NCBI GenBank assembly: GCA_000934665.2
Contig: KZ538506.1
Location: 45,808 to 65,807, forward strand
From: Catajapyx aquilonaris
Lineage: Eukaryota
Direction: 5' to 3'
DNA: 20,000 nt
Shown here: one piece after another, positions 1 to 9,400 of the stretch
Layout: each line of letters opens with the position of its first letter
Numbering within the stretch: the stretch's first letter is position 1
Made by a program: the position numbers and the translations under genes
The notes under the pieces: model-generated
What the model saw: only the letters and a program-made list of their open reading frames with translations
What the model was told of the DNA's origin: nothing
Databases searched by the model: none

Positions 1-438
1 CTGACACATCACTGATTATCACCTACTGTCACCAAAGGCTGTGAAAGACCACAGTGACACAGATATACCGTGCGTTCATACTGAGGGTTTTGTAGTGTTT
101 ATCAGATTATCCTCTTATTGGATTTGGGCTGCTTATTATTAAACAGTCATTTCAAACACGTTATTTTAAGGTATCTAAAAAATATTAGCTGCTAATATTA
201 GATCTGAATTTGATCATCTAACCAAGCTCCAAATGGCCAAAAATGGCATGTGACGCTCTGCCATACCTCCCCCTCCGGGACATGATGTGACTCAAGACGT
301 TCCCGAAGCTGCACGTACAACTGACCAAGCATGGCCACTAGACACTCTACAATTTCCATCCCCTCTACACTTTGTTCAGCAAAATATCTACTGTTTACCT
401 AGTTACCTAAACAACGCCCAGACTGTCATGGTTTTCAC

Positions 439-952
439 CAGACCCCTGCAACTAGCTCTTTTTTCCCGTGCTCTTAGCTGGTCCGCTATCACCAGATGTT
501 GAGAATACCCGGATGTGGAGCCCTGTATCAAAACGCATTCGGGGGGATGTCTCTGAACCGTTCTGAGCCTACCTATATTGTCAACTCCCATCAGCCCCAG
601 TTTGCAGATCCACCGCACCAGCCACCCAAACGCAGGTATGGCGGTTTTTGTCACTATCGGTTATTATGTATAGAAATTATAATTTGCTTTGATTGGGAGT
701 TAAGTATTAATGGTAGATATGTCGTTATGACATTGTTGATTGATTGGTCCAAATCGCATTCAGATAGTTGGATCTGCAAACGTGGGCTGATGGGAGTTGA
801 CAATATAGGTAGGTTAGGTTCAGAAACGTCCGCCAGAATGCGTTTTGATACATGGCTCCGCATCCGGTATTCAGACTCTACATCCGGGGATAGCGGACGA
901 GCTAAGCGCACGGCCTTCCCCGAATGGCTAGATAGGAAGTTTCAGGGGGCTG
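439..952. mobile_element. Non-autonomous DNA transposon (MITE), hAT-like, 514 bp, long imperfect TIRs
   Basis: Termini CAGACCCCTGCAACT (439-453) and AGTTTCAGGGGGCTG (938-952) are inverted with 2 mismatches. The inverted arms span about 439-612 and 769-952, including a perfect 30-bp inverted match (568-597 vs 784-813). Flanked by the direct repeat GTTTTCAC at 431-438 and 953-960. An 8-bp TSD with CAG termini is typical of hAT elements. Confidence 0.85.
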
Positions 953-1134
953 GTTTTCACTGTGTTTACTTACATTGTGGGCATACAGTACAAGTCAAAT
1001 CCACCAAGTTTTGACAGTTTTGAGTTACTTAGGCTATACCTGTAGTGGCCCAGTTAGCCACACTGTTATTGTCTTAGCAACAATAGCTGGGGAGAGTGTA
1101 CAGCACATAGTTATGACGTATGCCAGTCTCCATC

Positions 1135-1286
1135 TCTAATGTAGGGAAAACGAGAGAACGATCTGACATCAAGGTTACTTCCATTGTTGCTTTTTGTTGA
1201 CAGTGTTTACTCATATTGTTCTGTGAGGATATTTCCAGGGAAACATTGATGACATCAGATCGTTCTCTCACTTTCCGTACATTAGA
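1135..1286. repeat. Short imperfect palindrome (~152 bp), probable MITE remnant
   Basis: Left arm TCTAATGTAGGGAAAACGAGAGAACGATCTGACATCAAGGTT is inverted against right arm AACATTGATGACATCAGATCGTTCTCTCACTTTCCGTACATTAGA. No clear TSD seen. Confidence 0.7.
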
Positions 1287-1664
1287 ATAAAGCATGGAAT
1301 GAAAGTCTACGAATCAGAAGGAATCTATGCCTCGGTCCATCACGTTCCCTGCTGGTGGCAGTGGTCCACTTCATACCACTAAAAGTAGCATTTTTCTGCA
1401 CTATGGCCTGATGGGAACCCATTTAGTCACAATGAGCCAGAAAGCCAGGATTTTCTGTCTTCACTAGCATGTAAGCTAAGGACTATCTTGAAACTGATTT
1501 TATTTTTTAACTTTGTGCATTTAACACAATATAGGGTGACCGTAAAGCAAGTTGTGTTGTTGGTCTCCAGGACACCAATATAGTCAACAACAATAGAATA
1601 TTATTACCTATGTGTCCTAACTTTACGGTCACCCTGTACATTCTCTATTGCTATTGGTTTGTAC

Positions 1665-1898
1665 CTGCTGCTTCATGATTCGAGCAGGGTTGCTCAAGAT
1701 CTCAAAGTTGGGCTCGTCCTTCTTCTCCTCTTTCTTGGCCGTCTCCTCCTTCTTGGCCGTGTCCTCCTTCTTGGATGCCTCCTCCTCCTTACCACCTTTC
1801 CCTTTACCAGCTGCGGCATCCTCCTTCACCTTCTTCTCCTTATCATCCTTCTTCTCCTCCTCCTTCTTCTCCTTCCCCTCATCCTTCTTCTCCTCATC
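1665..1898 (-). CDS. PSMD1: Next internal exon (234 bp, phase 0/0) of PSMD1/Rpn2: charged KEKE-rich linker plus EPNFEILSNPARIMKQQ motif
   Basis: Acceptor TTTTTTCTTTACAG| above 1898, donor CAG|GTACAA below 1665, 78 whole codons. Splices in frame with the 3189-3365 exon (…KMDV|DEEKK…). Ends in the conserved EPNFxxLxNPARxxxxQ motif (human EPNFQLLDNPARVMPAQ). Confidence 0.94.
1731..1784 (-). repeat. Three in-frame 18-bp tandem repeats inside the PSMD1 exon (EEASKK/EDTAKK/EETAKK)
   Basis: Plus-strand units TTTCTTGGCCGTCTCCTC (1731-1748), CTTCTTGGCCGTGTCCTC (1749-1766) and CTTCTTGGATGCCTCCTC (1767-1784). Confidence 0.85.
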
Positions 1899-3188
1899 CT
1901 GTAAAGAAAAAATGCAGGTCAGTGTCAGATGATGCAAATGCCATTTCATAATGGGGTCGAGAAGGTGCGACGCTAAGAATGCTCGAATCAGGAAAATCGT
2001 CCTATGAAAAATTCTGCTCATCACCCCTTGTCGGAAGTCCCCCACCGTCATTAGCGCACATTCTGCAGTATTCCAGGTGACGCCCCCCCCCCCCCNCACC
2101 CCAACCACCCACCGATGGAGACTTTGCATATTCCGCTCTCATTTCCAGTCTGAGCTCGTTCCTCAAAGCCACTCAACATATGCGCCATTGCAAACCGGTT
2201 ATTTGCATGTCGCTTGGTACCTCATTTTTCCATATGCCACACTGTCCATCTTTCTGCAAATCTGCATTATGTACCGACAGAGCTGCCATTTTTGCCTGGG
2301 TCAATTATGAGAGTCCTTTGAGGAATTTCGCCCCATGGATAATTACCAATCCGTGCGATTTTTATTACAAAAAAAATCTAGGTCGAACCCACATTAAGGG
2401 GAGGCAAAACCAGGGTAATCTAATCGCACGGTTCGGTCCACGTCATTAATTAATGACTCTGGGGCTGCTCCCTCAGGAAGTACAGCCGCTCAAAAGTATC
2501 AACATTTTTGCAACATTGCAATTAAATCAGACGGTTCTCCTTCAAAATTAAAGCCCATCTGTCTCTCTCTCGAGTGTTTCTTCATCACGATTCTGTAGAT
2601 CAAATTCGTCGCCCGCTGTCGCTTTTGGTGACAGATTTTCGTCCATGAAGTCGCAGCTGCTGTAGCTCAGCAACAATGCCGTCCTCGCCAGTTCATATCT
2701 CAAAAAAAAATTATAGGTCACACTGGTGTCAACCGGCTTTGCTTTTGATGCACACAAAACGCCCATTTTTTCCCCCCAACAACAATGTCCGGATAAACCC
2801 AGATAAACCGGACACCCGTCATAATCTCGGGCTACTGGTCAGCCGATACCTGGGGGCCTCAGGGTCGCCACATTTGATGGGAAGACAAACGACGGCCGCT
2901 CAATCAACGGGGGCGGTAATGAGCAGGGCAGACCCAGAGAAGAGTAAATCAATCAGCTAATGGAGAGAGAGGACCCACCCACTTCTCCTCTGGCGCCTAC
3001 GCACACACACACAAAAAAAGGGGGGGAATATGTCCGAAGGTGAATCCGGGCACAGGACGTGAGGGCCACTGACCACCGGATAATACCTTCGAACCCTATG
3101 GGCAGATCCATTTCCAATAATTCCGGTTACAATGGGATTTTGCAAGCGCCATTTTGATGGAGGATTTTTTTTTTTGTCCCTAGCTTAC
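1899..3188 (-). other. GT-AG intron of PSMD1/Rpn2 (~1.29 kb as assembled; contains an N at 2096)
   Basis: Bounded by a GTAAGC donor and a polypyrimidine-CAG acceptor that join the two recognised exons in frame. Confidence 0.88.
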
Positions 3189-3365
3189 CACATCCATCTT
3201 TTCCTCACGGCCTCTCCTTTCAGCCTCCTTCCTCTTGGCCTTGGCGGTGATGGACAACACAGCAGTGGTCACCTTCTCACGTTCCTCCTTCTTCTTCTCC
3301 TCCATTGCAGGAGGGTACCCATAAGTCGATGGCTTCGCATTAGAACGGAACTCCAACTTCGGCAT
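3189..3365 (-). CDS. PSMD1: Internal exon (177 bp, phase 0/0) of 26S proteasome non-ATPase regulatory subunit 1 (Rpn2)
   Basis: Translates [59 protein letters not shown]. This matches the recalled Rpn2/PSMD1 C-terminal region (human MPKVQYKSNCKPSTFAYP...[15 protein letters not shown]...EEKMEV). Minus-strand acceptor TTTTCCAG| lies immediately above 3365 and donor |GTAAGC at 3188-3183; length is 59 whole codons. Confidence 0.96.
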
Positions 3366-3417
3366 CTGGAAAACCACAATGAACGTAATGAGAACAATCC
3401 TTTTTTTGTTTGTTGCA

Positions 3418-3493
3418 GCAGAGTTAGCTGTGTGGTAACACATCCGACTCTCAATCGGGAGATGCGGGTTCAAATCCCGTTCATCAGAAAAAA
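3418..3493 (+). mobile_element. tRNA-derived SINE head or tRNA pseudogene (anticodon-like loop CTCTCAA)
   Basis: A-box-like TAGCTGTGTGG (3425-3435), anticodon-like arm TCCGA-CTCTCAA-TCGGG, and T-arm GCGGG-TTCAAAT-CCCGT containing a B box (3464-3480), all at tRNA spacing. The acceptor stem does not pair (GCAGAGT vs TCATCAG). Followed by A- and T-rich runs. Confidence 0.62.
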
Positions 3494-6367
3494 ATTCATT
3501 TTTGTTTTAAGAAAAAAAAACTGTTACAATTGTTTATTATCTGGAGGTGAAGTCAATTACAGAGACGCGAATGTCCCACACGACTTCTTGAATAACCCCC
3601 AAAGAATGACAACGTAATTACACCCATTGCATAATAGAAGCCCCTCTACAAAAAAAACCCCGGAGAGAACCATACTCCAGCCATTATTCAGGCCACTATA
3701 TATACTTTGGACAATTTTTGTTCTTGTCCCCCATAAATGTTGGAATAGAGCCAAGTGGGCTCTAGACCCTGGGCCGTTACTGCAGTCGCAGGCTGTAAGC
3801 GGATTAGTGCAACGAGATTAGTGGCAACTGCATGGGGCTCTCCTTGTGCATATAGGTGTGCGGTCAAGTTGGTCAGCTGCCCTCCCCCCCCAAAATTGGG
3901 AAGAGAGGAGGAAGCCATCCAGAATAAAGGATACTGTAACAGACTCGATTGTGATGCTAAAGATGGCTGGAACAATATATATTCATTGTACTTTGGGTTC
4001 ATCCCAATTAAGCCAGGGTCGGGGCTCTTGAGAGGGACGAATTAACTAACAGGAATTAAACTGATTCAGGAGTTTAGCTCGACTTCTGCACTTTGCATCG
4101 TAAGGACTCCAGGGAGTTTACCACTATGCTTTAAATGTATGTACATTAAATTTTTTTCGTCGAGTTGATCACTTCCGCTAATTACTCTAACTGCATCAGC
4201 ACTCAATATTTCATTAGAAAGCATAATTCAACGTGCATACTGATTTGCTGCGTACCATCCACCCACCCCCCCAAAAAAATTCAGTTATGGATTTCACTAG
4301 ACACATATACCACTGCAGACTGCCGTATTTACCACACCATAATTTAACCCCCTAAAACAATATTAGACTAACGAACTAATCGATCAGCAATCGCTCAACA
4401 TCCTAATTGAGGCCAATGCTTTGTCGACATTTTTCTTTTAGCCAAGTTACTAAGATATCGAGTAACTCCATGCCTCAAAAAGTTATAACCCAGCAACCCA
4501 GAAACTGCACAAGTGACGTCAGGAAAGAGGCGGGCGCACGGGTAGCAAAGAAGAGGCCGAAATCACCCCATTGCACAGCATTGATTCTTGTAGAATGGGC
4601 TGGCTGGAAGCTGCGTTCCAACGATTTCGTACGTTGGGGGTGATCCTAGAAACGGAAACTCGGAGGATTCCTTCCCAAGAAGAAATGTTCGCCTGCAAAA
4701 TGCCAGGAAAAAAACCCCACCCGGAAGAAAAATAAATCCCCACGCTCTCTCGCCTGCTTCTGACAGTTTATGCATTTCTTAGGGGAATAGTTGCTAACCC
4801 CGGTTGTAGAAAGTGATCCTGCCATTTTTCACTTCGACATTTTCTACCGCTGCTGTGTAAGGCAATGAGATATACCAACCCGCGTCTGCGTACTGTTACA
4901 AAAAAAAATAAAAAATCAGCACTTCGCTCCCCCAAGAAAATCCCGGTAATACAGTTACGCAAATGCTTATTTTCTAAGCAATAACAGGTGCCAGACTGGC
5001 GAAGCAGAATCTGCCAACCGCTATCTCCAAATACGAAAATTGATGGCGAAGAGATTGGGACACGATAAAGGAAGAGCCCTCATATGAATCTCAAATACAA
5101 GAATCCTTTAGCCGTGCAGAAGAATACAGAAGAAAAAGAGGTTTCCCTTTGAGGCAGGTTCAGAACAATCTCTTTTCGAAAAAAAAAAAACCCCCTTTCT
5201 TCCGATACAATTTTGGAAACGTGCAGGTCACCATAAAACTGCGCTTAAGATGTAGCTAAAATCTCGGCATGGGGCCAGAACTAATTAATTTGTTCACAGG
5301 GAGGGGGTTCTTGATTGTAAGTGATAAAGTGCCTTCCGACTCAATTATACTACAGAATTTTCTTCGGCTGATCTTCCAGTTTTCTCCCATTCATAAATCT
5401 CCAGACCTCCCAGTAAAATTATTGCCTGGCCGTATAACCTTGCCAACTGCGATATAATTTAAAAGGAACCGCATTTCAAACTTTACTTTTTTGACATTCA
5501 GAACTGAATATACGAACCAATTTGTACATCTAGTTTGAAATATAGCTTCGAGGATAAAACCTTGTTGCATTTCTATATATCCTGGCCCAGCAATTGTGCG
5601 CGTCAGAAAATTCGGACAAAGGCCTCTCGTTATGCAAAAATGAAGAAAGAAAAAGGTGCGCTTGTCTCTCATCCAGTCCAATATCAAGGGGTTCTTAGTA
5701 TTCCGACTAAGAGGCACAGCAGGAATTTCTTTATTGGGCCGCCTTGCTGGGCAGCTGTTGGCAACTCCATATACGTATTAGATGAAAAAATTCGTGCAAA
5801 TAATCCTCGCTTTTCGCAATACCCTTTTTTTTTTTGGAGCAACAATCCGAACAATGTCTATGGGTACTTTGCTCACAAAGAGGCGCATGTGCATCATGGA
5901 TCACAGAAGAGGCAGACTTCCGTCTCTCCTAAGTGTCCTCTCATTTAGTACGGGCACTTATACCCCCATCCCATTGAATTTGACGTGCATGATATCCGGT
6001 CCCCTAGGAGTCGACCAGGCTGCACTATGGAATAATAGGGGGCTACCCAGTTGCCTATTTCCATGGGCAGTTAATTTTCCATGTCGTGTGCAGCAGAACA
6101 GACAAAAGGGGTTTGAGCAGAAGGGGGAACAAGAGCTCGAAATGAAAGCCAAATTGGGAAACTTTGTGCCCGTGCATCAGGCATGCCTACTCAGCTTACT
6201 ATCGATAGGACACCTTCCATACACCCGACAACTTTCACGGCCATTACTCGTCCTATAGTGTTCCACAGTAAACTGCGGTGAGGGTCGATGGGGAGGGGCT
6301 CCCTAGTTTTAAGCAGTGACATAAAACCTGGGGGGGTTAACACGAGCTTTACTCTGCAAACAAATCC

Positions 6368-6475
6368 TTTCGAGATACCGGTAACAGAAAATACGTGGGC
6401 CAGTTAGGTTCATCGGCATTTCGCTAAAGGAAGAGTTATGTCCGTCCCATTTTCTGCGAACAACGGGTATCTCAA
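6368..6475. repeat. Degenerate inverted repeat, possible old MITE fragment
   Basis: TTTCGAGATACCGGT..CAGAAAAT..GGG compared with the reverse complement of CCCATTTTCTG..ACGGGTATCTCAAA; gapped, with several mismatches. Confidence 0.35.
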
Positions 6476-9400
6476 AATAAACCTTCGCCTAAACTCGATT
6501 CCTTTGGTTGGGCGCCAGCATCATCTTCCTCATCTCCAAAGGCGTTAAGATGTGGCAGATAGGAATTTCACTGACTCAATTACCTTATTAGATCCCGTGG
6601 ATTGGCAATCGCGGCATAGTCTTCAATCAGGACGAGATGGATGCTATGATGCTGACGCCACAACTGGTTTCCTAGGTTCCCGACTATTTTTTTATATATA
6701 ATATCCTATAGTTCATTTCGATTTCCCGAAGGCTGATAATAATTTTATTAACACTGTACTTTCACTAGCATTAATTATGGTATACAGTGTTAATTACTTT
6801 CGTTACCAATATCGTAGAGTGTTGATGTGGTGCGAAATTGTAATTTCTATGCACAGCAATGTCTATATATCATCGCTTGAAACTAAACTTGTAAACACGT
6901 AGTTCACTGTCATTGACGGCAAAATACATAAGTCAACATACTGTACTGTCAGGCATACTAAAATTGCAGCAGGTTCTATTTTAACGTATGGCAACCAATA
7001 AAATTCTAGACGTGAATTCGCTAAATGAAAAATTATTTAAAAAGTAAATGGAAAATATTACCAAAAAAAAAAGAGGCGCTGATCGAACTCCCTTATTTTC
7101 TCAGATTACCTATCGATTGAAAATCTGATCACAGCCGTACCTTCGACATAATTTCATGCCTCTACGCTTCCTGTTAACGTGGTTGTTACTTTATAAACAC
7201 TGTCGATCACTGTCAGAATGATTAGCTGCAGGGAATTAGAAGTCTGATGCAACATCAGTCTCCGTGGCTGCAGGAATACTGTAAATGGAATTAGGTCCCG
7301 CCTTTTGAATGCAAGTCAAGGCGCGGATCCGAATTAATGCTTGAACGTATTTTTATGCCTGCTCTTGATGCGGGGCTTACAGTAATGGATTAAGCTAGCT
7401 CTCATGCATGTTAAAGGGAATGTATTCTGAGGGATATGACAGATGACTCTGATGCATGACGTAACATCTCCACTCCATTTTAGGCGTCGAATATATCCTG
7501 TCCGAGATTATACGCATATCTGTCATACCTAGTACAGTACATGATTAGACCAGAGTCATGCTTAGGCTATAACTGTTTTGGGCTTAGAATGTTTTTGATC
7601 GTTTATAATACTGCACGTGTTTGTTACTAATTATTGGGAAATGCGCTTGACCTATATTAGTTAATTAATCTTCGCTGATTACTTTTTGTTGCAGTTTGCC
7701 AGAGAACAATAATTAATTCCAACAGGCCTATCTTGGTGAGCAACAAGTTTCACACATCCATTCTTCAAAAGCAATCTGTTCCCTCCAGAAACTGCTGTGT
7801 CCGAATGTTCCTCAAGTACGTAAAAAAGGACCAAAAAAACATGAAAAATGATGTGTAAAAGATAAATATTGAGTTTTCGTGACACCGACATTTTATCACT
7901 TCTTGTGGTGAATCTACACTCTGCTGCGTGTTTCTGACAACAGACACAAACCGATCAAAATAGAGGTCGACCCGACCTATGCCAACATTTCAGCAATAGA
8001 ACGTATCAAACAGGAAACACCAAAAATTCACCGTCACCATGACACTCCCCAGTCAGTGGAGGCTGTTAAATACCACATCAAAGAAAAGAGTAATTAACAA
8101 ACAGCTCATACTGCGCGTTGCTTGAAATAGCAGAGGATAATTGGAAATGCGTCAAGTTTACAGCCTTGAGCAAACACTTCCCTCAGCGCTAAAGAAATTA
8201 ACCTTGGCTATACCCCCCGACCTACGACAATATCGCGTAATTAAAACTGGCTGCAGCACAATTTCACCTGCATTCCAATCAACCTTCAAAATCTCTTCTG
8301 CCGCCCTTTTACGCGCTAACGGGAAAAGAAAATTGTAAGTCTGAGAACAAAAGCCACACATTTCACAAATTCATACCAAGGAATCTGTATAAGATTCGTG
8401 TATTTTGGCCGACGGAAAAATACTGCCGACATACAACCTCAAACAATGACTTTTAAAACACCATACAGAAATGCTTGTGCGTGGTACTAATTACAGTGAA
8501 AACGCAAAAATGCCACAAAATATTTCTAGAGTCATCTCATTACTCAACAAGCCATTAGTGCCAAATAACGGCTTCAGGTTTCACAAAACTGGCGGCTTTT
8601 ACAAGTATAGGTTTCGAACCGTCCAACCACCAATTACAGTGTCTCAATTTCCCCATCACCTCCAAAAATTGGGTCAAGCATACCTCCTATCATGCGTACT
8701 GATCCATATTCATAAAATCCCAAAGCCTAGAGCCATAATTATCCCCTTAGAATAGGAAGCAGTGACACTCCCTGGTGCAACCTACCCTCCACTGAACAAT
8801 CCGCGACAACGAAAATCAATCTAGCATTACAACAGCTCCGCAGCACAAGCAACTCAGACATCCTGGTAATAGTCCATTTCATTTCCGTGTCATCTAGCAC
8901 ATGCCACATAGCACCTTTTCTTATCTAAAATTGTCATTGGTGTTCTCCCGAAATGCTTCCAACTGAGACCAGTTTTAGCAAGGATTTCCCCACTTTGAGC
9001 TTCAAATTCTGCCATTTGTGTGGATGCGGTTAGGCCAGTAAAAAAACTTACAGTTTCTCGGTAAACAATACGCTTGACCGACTAAATGCGCCACATCAAA
9101 ACGCGTCGGTGGCCGTGGTGCATTGTATAAGGTTTCCCTGGTGCGGTTTGGGGGTACTGTTGCGTGTATACCAGACCCAAATTAATTCGCATCAGGATTA
9201 TACACATTTGAGTTGTTCTTCCTATAGCATACATTTTACCAACAACTGCCCGTTGAACACGTTCAACTTATACATCAAAGTGTACTGTACTACGTTGTTA
9301 CAAAAGTTACACTGTACAGCATAATGTAATTAGGAATATCGGAAGCCTTCGGCAGGAATACCCTAACACGCCAAAAAAAAAAGTATAGATGCTATTAGGT

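Noticed and set aside
403..1014. ORFs 496..1014 (+), 403..654 (-) and 654..911 (-) that share peptide strings such as GLMGVDNIGRL
   Set aside because: The shared peptides arise from the two arms of the MITE inverted repeat; no recognisable protein.
1648..1932. Plus-strand Leu/Ser/Phe-rich ORFs resembling membrane proteins
   Set aside because: Antisense shadows of the Lys/Glu-rich PSMD1 exon.
1915..2030. Possible intronic C/D box snoRNA on the minus strand (GTGATGA ... CTGA)
   Set aside because: Terminal stem is only about 3 bp, the D box is too close to the splice acceptor, and I could recognise no rRNA-complementary guide.
2548..2766. Acidic 72-aa minus-strand ORF inside the short intron, as an alternative Rpn2 exon
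   Set aside because: No similarity to Rpn2, no convincing splice-site pair, and the flanking exons already join in frame.
3132..3617. 161-aa plus-strand ORF
   Set aside because: Antisense shadow of the PSMD1 exon plus A/T-rich intron sequence.
5535..6258. Overlapping 137-aa and 158-aa plus-strand ORFs as a transposase or viral relic
   Set aside because: No DDE, RT, integrase or capsid motif recognisable, and the lengths are compatible with chance.
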